Below are positions 1 to 13,074 of a DNA stretch of 64,000 nucleotides, piece after piece (positions within the stretch are counted from its first letter, which is position 1; each line of letters starts with the position of its first letter). The DNA lies in the NCBI RefSeq assembly GCF_009914755.1, contig NC_060931.1; one strand, given 5' to 3'. A program made the position numbers and the translations under genes. The notes under the pieces were generated by a model, which had not been told where the DNA came from, ran no database searches, and saw only the letters and a program-made list of their open reading frames with translations. The DNA is from the human T2T-CHM13v2.0 reference genome, Homo sapiens.

Positions 1-1571
1 TGGTGATGGCCTGGATACAGTTTTGTATGAATTGAAAAACTAAACGGAATAAGAGAAGGAGAAAAACAGGCATTAAAGGACGAAGAATTGGGAGGACCTA
101 GGACATCTAATTAGAGAGTGCCTAAGGAGGTTCAGCATAGCCTTGCCAGCAAAGATTATTTATTTAAGAGTTAAGAGTGGTGGTTTGGGGATAGCACCAG
201 GAGATATCAGCTGTGATGGCTTGGAGAAACAGTGTAAACCACCAGTGTAAACAAGAGCAGGGCATATATGAGTAGTTGAGAACGGTGAATAGAAGTATGA
301 CTAGACAGAAGACAGTAGGGATGACAAGTTTTTTGGGGCACAGTCCAAGTTGGTCTTGTGTCTGGAATGAGACTGGGGCCTAATAAAAAGGAGCGTCTAT
401 ACAGGAGCTCAAGTGGGCTGTACCTTATAGCATTCCAAGGACAGGCCTGACTTCTGAGAAGGGAAAGTGGTAAAAGTATTGTCCAGTCCTTTTTACGTTG
501 GTGGCTGAGCTTGGTAAGATGTGTTTTTAAAAGACCATTAGTCTGTTCTACCTTTCCTGAGGACTGAGGACTGTAAGGGATATAAAGGTTTCACTGAATA
601 CCAGGAGCCTGAAAAAATGCTTGGCTGACTTGATTACTAAAGGCCTGTCTGCTATCAGACTGTATAGAGGTGGGAAGGCTAAACTGAGGAATTATGTCTG
701 ACAGAAGGGAAGAAATGACCTTGGTGGTCTTCTTACACCCTGTGGGAAAGGCCCCTACCTATCCAGTGAAAGTGTCTACCTAGACCAAGAGGTATTTTAG
801 TTTCCTGACTCGGGGCACGTTGAGTAAAGCTAATTTGCTAGTCCTGGGTGGGGGCAAATCCCTGAGCTTGATGTGTAGGGAAGGGAGGGGGCCTGAAGAA
901 TCCCTGAGGAGTAGTAGAATAGCTGATGGAACACTGAGAAGTTATTTCCTTGAGGATAGATTTCCACGATGGAAAGGAAATGAGAGGTTCTAAGAGGCGG
1001 GCTAGTGGCTTGTACTATAGCATAGCCTGCCTTTGCTGGTGTGTGGCGATTAGGCCTGGTGGAACTGCCATCAATAAACTAAGTGTGATCAGGGTGAGAA
1101 ACAGAGAAGAAGGAAATGTGGGGAAATGGGGTGAATGTCAGATGGATCAGAGAGATGCAGTCATGAGGGTCAGGTGTGGTATCAGGAATAATGTGGGAGG
1201 CTGGATTGAAGTCCGGGCCAGGAACAATGGTTAATTGTGGGAGACTCAACAAAGGGTGAGTACAGCTGAAGGAGCCAGGGAGCAGAAAGTATATGTGGCA
1301 GGTGTGAGGAAGAAAATAGATTTTGGAAGTTATGAGAGCTGTAGAGAGTGAGTTGAGCATAGCTTGTGATTTCAAGGGCCTTTAAAACTATTAGGGTGAC
1401 AGCAGCTGCTTCACGGAGACATAATGGCCAACCTAAAACGGTAAGGTCAAGTTGTTTGGACAAAAAGGCTACAGGACGCGATCCTGGTCCTTGTGTAAGA
1501 ATTTCAACTGCACAGCGCTGCACTTCGGCTGTGTGTAATGAAAAGGGTTGGGATGAGTCACGGAGAGCTAG
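1..1571 (-). mobile_element. HERV-H internal region, 3' part of pol (connection, RNase H, integrase remnants); continues off the left edge
   Basis: ORF 1182-1595 reads LALRDSSQPFSLHTAE...PVAFLSKQLDLTVLGWPLCLR, typical of HERV-H pol; joins in frame to LKTALKTAPTL at 9910-9945. Confidence 0.93.
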
Positions 1572-2068
1572 AGTAGCAGGACGAGTTGCAGACAAAACTC
1601 CTCAGACACCGGATTAAAGAAGGAAGAGGTTTTTTTATTCGGCCGGGAGAGTCAGCAGACTCGTGTCTTAAGAGCCGAGCTCCCTGAAAAAGAAATTCCT
1701 AGCCCTTTTAAGGGCTTACAACTCTAAGGGGTCTACCCGAAAAAGTCATAATAGATCAAGTAAGCGTGAGAAATGTGACTGGGGGTTACAAACATCAGCT
1801 AACAGAACAGAAAGTTTTTACAGTGCTTTCTCATACAATGTCTGGGATTTACAGATAACACCAGTAGTTTTGGTCAGGGGTTAATATTATTGATATTTTA
1901 ACCACCGGGGCCAGGTGGTGGCGCCGAGGGCGTCTAGCTATTTATTTTACTTCTGTTTTTTCCAGCTTTTTGCTTTCTCCCTTTTTTCCTGTCTTATAAA
2001 CTAGGGAAAAAGGGAGGTTGGGGAGGAACTGGGAAGGACAGCAGGAGACGTGGTGGTCTCACACCATA
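1572..2068 (-). repeat. HERV-E 3' LTR (LTR2 family)
   Basis: gtagcaggacgag..cagacaaaactcctcagacacc matches the LTR2 U5 end (reverse complement); AATAAA near 1634-1639; purine tract aaaggagggaaa immediately upstream at 2069-2080. Confidence 0.88.
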
Positions 2069-2094
2069 TTTCCCTCCTTTGAGCATTTTCACTT

Positions 2095-4146
2095 TTAGTG
2101 GGAGTTCTCGCTCTCATCTTTACTTTTTGAGTCTCTCTGTGAGATAGAACGATAGTGATTTATATAATACACCTGTGCTGAAGTTTTCTGATGAATCAAA
2201 GTAGCAACAGAACCTTTTGTCATTTGAAAAAGCAAGGGTAATACACGGGGGAGCAGCAAGCAAGCTCCTATCACTAGCAATACACCTACAATGAGGGGTT
2301 TAAATCCTCCTATAGCTGGAAACCATTTTCCAAATAAAGACTCAGGATTAAACTCGTGCCAAATCTGTAAAGGCACATGTGCCACCTTTGTCATGTCCCT
2401 GACTATCCTTGATCATTTTAACCACCTATCCTTGATCATTTATTTGTAGGCAGCAATTGGTTAAGTTAAATTTTCCACAAACTCCTCCTTCAGCTACTAA
2501 CAAGTAGTCTAAGGCCAGTCTATTCTGATAGATAGCATTCCTCATTTGGGTTTCTTGCCAAGCTAAAACAGTCAAAGCTCTGCCAGTTTCATTAGTAATT
2601 ATTTCTAAGACAGCCTGCAACCGTATGATCCAATTGAGCATGTAGATGGGGGTTCGGTATCCCCATGAGCCATCTTGTGCCCATGTGGCAGGCCCATAAT
2701 ACTGTATGATCCTTTCAGGGGGCCACTCATTATCTTTCCAGTTTCCTATAACTATGCCTTTCTTTTCTCGGGAGGTATAGACAGGGAAACCTAGCAGCTT
2801 ACCTGTTTTTATGGGTAATAAGAAAAAGGACGGCTTAATAGTGCCAATAACACAACTGCCTGCCCATTTATTAGGTAACTGAAAGTAGGCTCTGTGCCTA
2901 CATATCTAGTATAGTCCAGAGGGAACTGTCCAGTCCTGATGAGATTCTGGATGAGCCTAAGCAGTTTGTAATTTAGAAAATTTACTAAATGGATTCTTTT
3001 CAGTGTGGTTTAGGCCCTACTAAGTAATTGTCTTTGTTGTGCTGTTATACAACTTCTGTCCTATACAATTAAGCTTTCCTACAGGGATGATAAAGTCTTT
3101 CCCTTCTCTAGCTATACAGTATTGTCTAATAATTGAGGTTTTTGGACCTAGAAGTTGCTAGCTTGGGCCTTCTGAACTGGAATTATATCAGGAGCTGGAT
3201 CAGTAGGCACCAACTCTCGGGCTTCCCAAGGCCATCTGTCTCCGACAGTGGTTCCTCCGCGTACATAACAAGAAGTAACATTAAGGGAATGAGCTACATT
3301 TTCTGCTAATTGGAGAAACAAATTTTTTGTCTTTTTCGGAAGTTCTGGTGCTGGCAGATTCAGCTCCTCATAAAAGGTTTGAAATACTGGTTTTGGGAGA
3401 GCACTTGTGGACCTCCCCTCTAATTAAAATGGCAACTTGAGGGTTTAACCCTGTCCTATTGATCCCCAGGGTTACACGTTCTCCCTTTTTCCAACGGGGA
3501 TCTAGGGAATGGTAATTATTAGTTCTAGTGGGTTACAGTGACTGGCAGCACAGGAGGGGTTGGCTTCCCCCTTCTGAAGATAAACCGGGTCCTTTTTGTT
3601 CTTTTTTTAAGTAGCCTAAATAACACATGTCCAATAGCCACAATTTTCACAAACCCCTGACTCATGACAAACATATTTATTTTCTACTCTTTAGCTCCTT
3701 TCTTAATTAAGAGAACCACATCCTATTTCTAGCTGTTTACTATTAATGGCTGCACAAGCATCAAATCTTAAAGTTATTTGCTTGGGGATTTCTTTTTCTT
3801 CTGTTCTAGTTATTATTTTACTTGTATCACCTAGGAAAAGGCCAGTTCTTATTCTTATTTCAAAAACGGCGGTTACAGGGGGCTCAGATGGGTTATAACA
3901 CACATCAGGTCGGTCATTTCTTCGGCTACATACCTTGTACTGAGTGGCATTATACAAACAAGTTTCTTTTAATGTTTCCATACATTCATAACTATAGAAC
4001 AGAAAGATTGTTTTAATTTGCTGTCCTACTTCGGTGACCTGATGAATACACTGGGAACAGTCCCCAGTTTGAGTAAGGTCAGTTGAAGCCCTTACTGTAT
4101 AAGTCCAAAATTTAAGAAAAATGAATCTCATGATGAGCTTCCTCAG
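2095..4146 (-). pseudogene. env: HERV-E env, multiple stops
   Basis: Signal peptide RFIFLKFWTYTVRA, immunosuppressive domain [20 protein letters not shown]6CC motif [12 protein letters not shown] anchor LIVGVLLVIGACLLL. Confidence 0.92.
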
Positions 4147-4168
4147 GCTTCGGCCGTGCGTGGACCAG

Positions 4169-7100
4169 TCAGCTTCTGGGTGTGACTGGAGCAGGGCTTG
4201 TCGTCTTCTTCAGGGTCACTCTGCAAGGGTTGTCTGGGCTTGGTCTTGCCTCCCAGGTTTCAGGCCCTGCAGGTTTTATATGGCTGTGTTGGATCCAGGC
4301 TGGGATTCCTTCTACCTTCACAGCGGTGGGAGTGCTCAGGACGATAGTCTGGGGTCCTTTCCACTGTGGGCACAAAGAGGCTACTTTCCAGTCCTTGATC
4401 CACACTCGATCATCTGGGGAGAAAGGGTGAACTGGGGAGAATAAGCTAACAGGGCATCTCTCATTTACCCAGGCTGAGATTGTTTGTGTAATTTTTCATA
4501 AGGCCTGTAGCTGTCGCTGTAACTCAACTTCACCTAACTCTCAGGGAGTGCTTGGAAGTCCCCGCAATATAGGAGGGGGCCTACGATATAATATTTCATA
4601 AGGGGAATATCCTGTTCTTTTAGAACGGGTACATCTAATTTTAAATAATACCATAGGGAGAGCCTGTAGCCATTTTAATCCTGTTTCCTGACATACTTTC
4701 CCTAAACTATTTTTGATAGTTTGATTCATTCGCTCCACCTTTCTGAAACTCTGAGGCCAGTAGGCAGCATGCACTTTCCATGTGATCCCTAACATCTTTG
4801 CCACCTTCTGTACTAAGTCAGCCACAAACGCCGGCCCATTATCTGAGCTGATCCATAAGGGCAGTCCAAATCTAAGAATAGGATCTCGAAGAAGCACACG
4901 AGTTACTTCACGAGGTTTCTCAGTTCGTGTTGGATAAGCCTCCACCTACCGAGAGTAGGTGCGCCCAAGAACTAGTAAATACTTGTTACCTCTACACTTT
5001 GGCATCTCAGTGAAGTCCACCTGGAGATCTTCAAAGGGGGCTGCTCCATAAGCTTGTATGCCGGATGGAACGGCTGGACCTTGCCTCGCATTATGCTGTC
5101 GGCAGGTAACACACCACTGCGTCACCGTTTTGGCAAGGCCTGACAAATGTGAGATGTAGAAATACCAGCCTAACAACTTTTCAAGTGATTCCTGACCTCG
5201 ATGGGTGGTTTCATGCACAGCCAGTACAACTGCAGCTCCTGGCAGCTGTGGCGCAGCTATTCTCCCATCCGGTAACCGAATTCATCCTTCCTCCATCACT
5301 TGTCCTCCCTCTGCCTGGAGAAAGTCCTTTTCTTCTTTAGAATAAGTAGGTACAAGATCAGGTGCTTGAGGGAGCAGGGGGGCTGTGACTGATGCCCGGA
5401 ATGGGGCAGATGCTGCTTTTCGAGCCTCTGAGTCAGCGCGGGAATTCCCTAAACCCACCAAGGTGGAAGCTCGCTGGTGTCCTCTGCAATGCATAACTGC
5501 CACCTTGTGGGGTCTCCATACTGCTTTTAATAATTGCAAGATTTCTTGTTGATATTTTATGTCTTTCCCCCCAGAGTTCAATAGGCCCTTTTCTTTATAT
5601 AATGCTCCATGCACTAGAAGGGTTAAAAAGGCATATTGAGAGTCAGCGTAAATGTTGACATTCTTAGCTTCACTGAGTTCTAAGGCCCGAATTAAAGCAA
5701 TGAGTTCAGCTTTCTGAGCTGAAGTGCCCTGGGGAAACGATCTGGCTTCAACAACAGTGTCCAGAGTTACCACCGCATATCTTGCACATCTCTCTCCTCA
5801 TGGGTTGATGAAGCTGCTCCCATCCACGTATAGTTCCCAGTCTACTGATGCCTAAGGCTGGTCCTGGAGGTTAGGTCTGCTAGAGTAAACTGAGTCCAAC
5901 ACTTCTACACAGTCATGCTCAACAGGGCTCTCTGATACTGGGAGCAAGGTGGCGGGGTGCAGGGTGTTAAAAACTTCAATGGTTATATGGGGATTTTCAC
6001 AGAGCAAAGTCTGGTACTTGGTGAGTCTGGCATTCGTTAGCCAATGATGTCCTTTAGTATTCATTAAAGTCACCACAGCACGGGAGGCCTTTATGTTCAG
6101 GTTCTGCCCAAGAGTCAGCTTATTTGCTTCTTGTACTAGCAGGGCAGTTGCTACCAAGGCCCTCAAACACGGGGGCCATCCTTTAGAAACCCTGTCTAGT
6201 TGTTTAGAGAGGTAGGCCACCCGCCTTGGCCAGGGCCCCACAGTTTGGGTTAAAACTCCAACTGCCATCTTTTCTCTCTCTGACACATACAATGGAAAAG
6301 GCTTTGTTAGATCGGGTAGCCCCAAGGCTGGGGCTGACATAAGTCTTTCCTTTAACTCATGAAAGCCTTGCTGTTGCTGGGATCCCCATTCAAAACCTTC
6401 CCGGTTCCCCCACTTTGTGACCTCATACAAAGGCTTGGCTAATACTGCAAAGTTTGGGATCCACAGTCTACAAAACCCCACAGCCCTTAAGAATTCTCTC
6501 ACCTGCCTTCTGGTCTTAGGCTCCGGTAGATTGCCAATGACCTGCTTTCTTTCTGATCCTAGGCTGCGCTCCCCCTTCGGATAGTAAATCCTAAGTAACG
6601 TACCTGCTGTCGGCAGATCTGAGCTTTTTTCTTGGACACCTTATACCCACAGTCCTCCAGGTGCCGGAGTAGAATATCTGTTCCCTTGGCGCACCCAACT
6701 GCCGTGGGGTGTCCCAGCAAAAGGTCATCAACCTACTGGAGCAACACGCAGTCTAGGTCTCTGGTGGGAAATTTCTGGAGGTCTCGAGGCAATGCCTCCC
6801 CGAAGATGGTGGAGGAGTTCTTGAACCCTTGGGGAAGCCGGGTCCAAGTGTACTGAGTAGTGACACCTGACTCCGGATCTTCCCACTGAAAGGCAAACAG
6901 CTTCTGGCTCTCTGGGGCTAATCTGAATCTAAAGAAAGCATCTTTCAGGTCCAAGCAGGTGAAGCAGCTGTTCTCAGCTGGCAGCAACCCCAGCAATGTG
7001 TACGGGTTAGGTACTGCTGGATGTAAAGTCACTGTAGCCTGATTAACCAAGTGCAAATCCTGTACAGGCCTGTAGTCCTTGGTCCTAGGCTTGGGAACAG

Positions 7101-7758
7101 GCAGGAGGGGAGTGTTCCATGGAGACTGACAAGGAACTCTAATTCGAAAAGTTCTTAGGTGCTTGAGATGGACCTGGATACCTTCAAGAGCTTCTCTGGG
7201 GACCGGCTCCTGTTTTTGCCTAAACGGCTGGGCCCTAGGCTTAACTTCTATAAGTATGGGGGCTTGGTTGACTGCCAACCCTGGAGGGTTGTCTTCCGCC
7301 CACACTCTTGGCCACTGCTTAGCCAGAGCTGGTCTTATCTCTTGGCCCAACTCAGTTAAGAAAAATCTCCATTCCTCCTCTGGGGGGACCATAAGGGTTA
7401 TAATGACTCCCGTTCTGGGTAACTTTAGCAGCAAAAAGCCATGCTCTGTAAAAGAGATAGTGGCTCTCAGTTTGCTAAGCAAGTGCCTTCCCAATAAGGG
7501 CAAGGGACAGTCAGGCGTGGACAAAAACTGATGAATCACTTTATGTCCTCCTACAGTAGAAGTCCGGGGCAAGCAGAAAGCTTGCTTTGCTGAAACCCCT
7601 TTGGCTCCGATGACGTCAATAATCTTTTTGTATAAGGGGGCTACCGGCGCGGTTACTACTGAATGTTTAGCACCGGTATCTACAAGAAAATCAATGTCTT
7701 TACCCCTAACTGTCATCCTGACAATAGGCTCTTTGGGTGTCCTTGAGCCCTGTCCCCC
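4169..7758 (-). pseudogene. pol: HERV-E pro-pol (protease, RT, RNase H, integrase), disrupted
   Basis: FLVDTGA protease, LPQGFKNS, YVDD mutated to *VDD at 6733-6735, TSAQKAELIAL RNase H, HHCC and DFTEM..SDNGPAF integrase. Confidence 0.95.
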
Positions 7759-9364
7759 TCAGTCCAATAACCCTTCTGCCAGGTTGAGCAGGGTCCCTTC
7801 CTCCTTGTCTGGAGCCTCTTGCTCCAAGTCACCTTGTTTTCTTTTTAGCTGAGGGCATTTTTTCTTCCAATGTCCTATTTATTTACAATAAACACACTGA
7901 TTACGCTGCAAGCTCTGACAGCCAGGCTGAGTTTCCTTCCTGGGACCCCCCTTCCCTTGCCTCTTTTGGGGGACCCTTTTGATTGCTGCCGCTAACAGGT
8001 CGGCATTTCGCTGGGCCTGATGTTTCTTCTCTCTGCAGTTTTCCTTACGGCTTGCTGCATCCCTGTTTACAAACACCTGGTTAGCTATTTCTAATAACTG
8101 TGATGTGTTCATCCCTGCAAACCCAGCCTGATTCTGCAGTTTTTTTCTAATGTCTTCTGTGCTTTGACTAACTAAAGCCGTGTTAATAATGCATTGGTTT
8201 TCAGGGCTATGGGGATCAAAGGGAGTATACATACCATAGGCCTCACAGTCTCTCCTAGAATTGTGCTGGACTTTCTTCTTTTCTCTGAATTACCTCAGAG
8301 ACCTTGTTAACGTTTGTGGCCTCCTGGGTTCCCCTCTTTAATCCTTCCAAGAGAGCTTCCCTGTATCGGTTTAGCCTTTGCATATCCTCTCTTTCATTTG
8401 GGTCCTACTGGGGGTTGGTTCCCAGTAACTGGGTCCTTACATACTCTTGGGGGTTTTGGTAGTCAGCTGGTGCATGTTCCTCTAGCCACTTAGTTGCTGC
8501 TTGGAGCACTCTCCGCCTTTCATCTGTGTTAAAGAGGAACATGAGCAACTCGTGGCAATCAGCCCAAGTGGGGTTATGGGTCTGGATAATAGTTTGGAGC
8601 AAATCAATCAGAGCTTGTGGCTTTTTGGTATAGGATGGGGTATTGTTTTCCCAGTTGAGAAGGTGGGCAGAGGTGAAGGGCTGGTACACAGAAACACGCC
8701 TCCCCACCACGTGGCCATCCTCATCTATCCCAGTATACCGCTGTTCTCACAGGGGCATTTGTATCCCCGTTTTGAGTCTTAAACGAGCTGCCAAGGGAGG
8801 GGTTTCTCCTGAGTCCTCACCTCTTCTCTTGTATACTCTGGGTGGCCTAGGGATATGTTTGTCTCGTGGAGGCACAAGCACTGTGGACTCAAAAGTGGGG
8901 AGCCTCTCTCCCTGGTAAGGGGAGGGCACCACTGGGATCACTGGTGCCATCTCCTGCAGTGCATCTTCTGATGTTGGGTCGAATAGAACTTCAGGAGTTG
9001 ATTTCCCTCAGCGGGTGGAGCGGGATCCTTCCTTGGCTATCTGTCCCTTTGCTACTAGCACTGCTGCTGCCTGCCCCCTTAGCCACTGTGGGGGGTTTAG
9101 CATCAGCTGTAACCAAGTGTCTATGTATGGAAACTGGTCTGAGTGTCCTGACTTACCAGTTACCTTGTGCCATACCTTAGAAACAAGGGACCTGTCCAGG
9201 CTTCCTTCTGATGGCCATCCTACTTCTAATATTGGCCAATCTATTTTACACAAAGTTCTAAGTTTCCCTGGTGTCATAGTAACCCCATAGTCTCCATTAA
9301 ATCCTTTCTTAAAATTTTTCAACATAGTTCCTAGCAGAGTAGGCTTACTTTGTGTCTGACCCAC
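7759..9364 (-). pseudogene. gag: HERV-E gag, disrupted (start codon now GTG)
   Basis: (V)GQTQSKPT matrix, FPYIDTW, HNPTWADC capsid, CVYCK zinc knuckle; TGA at 7759-7761 before protease. Confidence 0.92.
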
Positions 9365-9888
9365 GTTTCCTCGAGACAAAACACCAAGCTCACACCACAC
9401 GCACACAACAGAACAAAGAATGGGTAAAAAGGGCACACACACACTTTTTCAGTTTTCACCAAACCAGAATCAAAACCAAAATCAGAGTATCCAGAAATCC
9501 AAGCCAGGTCTAACCAAAACCAAAGTATCAAGCAATTCAAGTCAAGTCAAAAACAAAAACCAAAGTGCCAGTACAGGCACGCCGTGGGTGATCAGGCCAC
9601 ACTTCCACTCAGATAGAGTGGGCAAGTTCCAAAGACCAGTCTTACCAAGTTTCAAATGTCCGGACTCCAAGTGCCTGTTCCTTCCCAGTGTTCACCCACT
9701 GCGTTGATCCTCCACGGGGGCCTACCACACACTGCTCTGACGAGGCATTCCACCGGGTCAATTGCCTACTTGGGAGAGCTCTCAGTATCCGTGTCGCTCA
9801 AGCTGGCAGGAGTCCCCCGCAGGGATGCTCCACAGGGCAGGCCTAAGCCGCCTAAAGTGCTGCCTCAACTGTCCGCCAATTACCTCGC

Positions 9889-9906
9889 TTCCCGGTCAGG
9901 TAACCA
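9889..9906 (-). promoter_or_regulatory. Primer-binding site for tRNA-Glu
   Basis: TGGTTACCTGACCGGGAA, one mismatch from TGGTTCCCTGACCGGGAA. Confidence 0.9.
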
Positions 9907-12414
9907 AGACTAGGGTGGGGGCAGTCTTTAAAGCTGTCTTCAAGGAACAGAAAGGGGAGTGGGGAAAGGATTTAGGATCTATGGGGTCAGCTAGGTTTCC
10001 TTTTGTGAGTTTATATAATGGTTTTGTTAGGATGGCAAAACCAGGTATCTAAAGGTGAGAGTGTCTAACCATGCCCAGGAAGGAAAGGAGTTGTTGTTTT
10101 GTAGAAGGGTTTGGGGTTTGAGAGATGAGTCACACACGATCGGCAGGGAGAGCACGTGTGTTTTTATGAGAATTATGCTGAGATAGGTAACAGGTAAGGA
10201 AGAAATTTGGGCTTGACTGAAGTAATGGGGGCTGTCTGTGAAGCTTTGCGGCAGTACAGCCCAGGTAATTTGCTGAGCCTGATAGGTGTCAGGGTCAGTC
10301 CAAGTGAAAGTGAAGAGTGGCTGGGATGAAAGGTGCAAAGGAATAGTAAAGAAAGCATGTTTGAGATCCAGAACAGAATAATGGGTTGTGGAGGGAGGAA
10401 TTGAGGATAGGAGAGTATATGTGTTTGGCACCTTGGGGTGGATGGGCAAAACAATTTGGTTGATAAGGCATAGATCCTGAACTAACTTGTAAGGCTTGTC
10501 TGGTTTTAGGACAGGTAAAATGGGGGAATTGTAAGGAGAGTTTATAGGCTTTAAAAAGCCATGATGTAGCAGGTGAGTGATAACAGGCTTTAATCCTTTC
10601 AAAGCATGCTGTGGGATGGGATATTGGCATTGAGCGGGGTAAGGGTGATTAGGTTTTAATGAGATGGTAAGGGGTGCATGATAGGTTGCCAAGGAGGGAG
10701 TAGAGGTATCTTCTACTTGTGGGTTAAGGTGGGTGGCAATGAGACGTGGCTGTAGTCCAGGAATAGTCAGGGAAGCAGATAATTTAGTTAAAGTGTCTCA
10801 GCCTAATAAGGGAACTGGGCAGGTGGGGATAACTAAAAAGGAGTGCTTAAAAGAGTATTGTCTAAGTTGGCACCAGAGTTGGGGAGTTTTAAGAGGTTTA
10901 GAAGCCTGGCTGTCAATACCCACAACAGTTATGGAGGGAAGGGAAACAGGCCCTTGAAAAGAAGGTAATGTGGAGTGGGTAGCCTCCGTATTGATTAAGA
11001 AGGGGATGGACTTACCCTCCACTGTGAGAGTTACGTAGAGCATCTGTGATGGTCCTGTAGGCTTCTGAGGCAATCGATCGGGCATTGTCAGTCTTCAGCT
11101 GCTAAGCCAAGAAGATCTGGGAAGGAGTCAGTCAGAGAGCCTTGGGCTGGAGTTCCAGGGGCTCTGGGAGTGGCTGCCAGGTGAGTTGAACAGTCCAATT
11201 TCTAGTGGGGTCCTGCACAGATGGGACATGGCTCAGGAGGAATCCTGGGCTGCAGGCATTCCTTGGCCTGGTGGCCAGATTTCTGGCACTTGTAGCAAGC
11301 TCCTGGGAGAGGCGGTTCTGGAGGAATGCCTGGCCACTGCGCTTTAGCCGTTTGGAAGTTCTTGTGTGCTGGAGATTTGGCTGGGGTTTGTCTCACAGTG
11401 GAGGCAAGGAATTGCAACTGAGAAATATGTTGCTACTTGGCTGCCTCTGCTCTATTATTGTACACCTTGAAGGCGAGGTTAATTAAGTCCTGTTGTGGGA
11501 TTTGAGGGCCGGAATTTAATTTTTGGAGTTTTATTTAATGTCGGGAGCAGACTGGGTAATAAAATGTATATTGAGAATAAGACGGCCTTTTGACCTTTTA
11601 GGGTCTAGGGCTGTAAGGCAACTCAGGGTTGCTGCCAAACGAGTCATGAACGGGGCTGGATTTTTAAATTTGATGAAAAAGAGCCTAAACGCTATCTGAT
11701 TTGAGAAAAAGAAAAAGGAGCATTAACCTTGACTATGCCTTTAGCTCCAGCCACCTTTTTAAGACGAAATTGCTGGGCAGGTTGGGGAGGGCTGGTCACA
11801 GAATTAAACTGCAAGCCAGATCCAGTGTGAGGAGGGGAGGTGATAAAAGGATTATAGGGTGGAGGAGCAGAGGCTGAGGAAGAATTGGGAGCTAGCTCAG
11901 CCTGGCGAGGAGGGGAGAGGTCAGATGGGTCTGTAGAAAAGGAAGATTAGAAAGACTCAGCGACACTAGGGGTTGGGACTGAGGGGACAGGTGGGAGGGA
12001 AAGAAGGAAGATTTGGGATGAGTTGCATTGGGAACAGAGACTAGGGAGGGACCAATGTGTAAGAGAATACCTGGACATCAGGCATCTCAGACCATTTGCT
12101 CATTTTATGACTAGAATTATCTAGATATTGTAGGATGGAAAATTTGAAAGTGCCGTTTTCTGGCTATTTGAAACCACTGTTGGGTTTGTATTGGGGTCAA
12201 GCGGCATTGTAGAAGAAAATAAGGCATTTAGGTTTTAGGTCAGGTGTGAGTTGAAGAGGTTTTAGGTTTTGAAGAACACAGGCTAAGGAGAAGAAAGGGG
12301 AATGGAGGATGGAAGCTTGCCCATAGTGAAGGAGGCAAGCCTAGAGAAAAGAGACAGTAGAGACATGGAGAGAAGGGATGGGGGGTTCTTGCCTTCCAGA
12401 AAAGAGGGAAAGGG

Positions 12415-12590
12415 GTTGGGGCACAGAAATAAAAGGTTGGGGTGCAGAGATAAGAGGTCAGGTTGTGGAAATAAGGGATCGGGGCTCAGAAATAAGAGGG
12501 CGGGCATGGAAATAAGGGATCAGGGCACAGAGATAAGAGGTCAGGGCATGAAAATAAGGTATCGGGGTGCAGAGATAAGAGGTCGGGGTT
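12415..12590 (-). repeat. Degenerate ~21-bp tandem repeat in the HERV-H leader/pre-gag region
   Basis: About 8 units of ggggcacagaaataagaggtc-like sequence. Confidence 0.85.
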
Positions 12591-13054
12591 CTTGCCCCTC
12601 CCCCAGAAAAGCAGGACTTGCTGCTAAGGGTGAAGGACCAAGGCAGGCATCCCTGCGTGGTCTGACACCTCTGAAACCTGGGTGAATAATCAGAGAGGCG
12701 TCCCTGCAATGATTAAACACCAAGGGAAGGCTGCCTTCCCTAGTCCATGACCAGCGCCGGAGTTTCGGGTCCACGGATAAAACGTGTCTCCTTTGTCTCT
12801 ACCAGAAAATGAAAGGAATTGAAATTAAGAGAAGGGAGATATTGAAGTGTGATGCCAAGATTGGAAGGAGAAAGAGGTTGAGGGATAGTGAGGGAGGTTG
12901 GAGAAGAGAGTAAAAAGAAGCCGCTTACCAGATTTGAAATTGGTGAGATGTTGCTTGGGCTGGTCAGTCTGAGGACCTGAGGTCGTAGGTGGATCTTTCT
13001 CACAGAGCAAAGAGCAGGAGGACAGGGGATTGATCTCCCAAGGGAGGTCCCCCG

Positions 13055-13072
13055 ATCTGAGTCACAGCACCT
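13055..13072 (-). promoter_or_regulatory. Primer-binding site for tRNA-His, degenerate
   Basis: AGGTGCTGTGACTCAGAT versus TGGTGCCGTGACTCGGAT. Confidence 0.8.
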
Positions 13073-13074
13073 AA

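Larger units (their letters stand above)
1572..9909 (-). mobile_element. HERV-E provirus lacking the 5' LTR, nested in HERV-H pol
   Basis: LTR2-type LTR at 1572-2068, polypurine tract, env/pol/gag remnants, Glu PBS at 9889-9906; CTAG at 1568-1571 and 9910-9913. Confidence 0.93.
9910..13074 (-). mobile_element. HERV-H internal region, 5' part (leader, gag remnant, protease, deleted RT)
   Basis: CYKCQKSGHQAKEC/CPICAGPH knuckles (11202-11417), FLINTEATHS protease (10798-11085), RT 10027-10692 jumping from SPHYFSQAQ to ISS without YVDD, the common deleted HERV-H form. Confidence 0.93.

Noticed and set aside
1182-1595. ORF crossing the LTR2/HERV-H junction
   Set aside because: Non-ATG start in U5, downstream of the poly(A) signal; chance fusion to a pol fragment
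6733-7716. 327-aa protease-RT ORF as a functional polymerase
   Set aside because: Ends at the catalytic motif (YVDD became *VDD)
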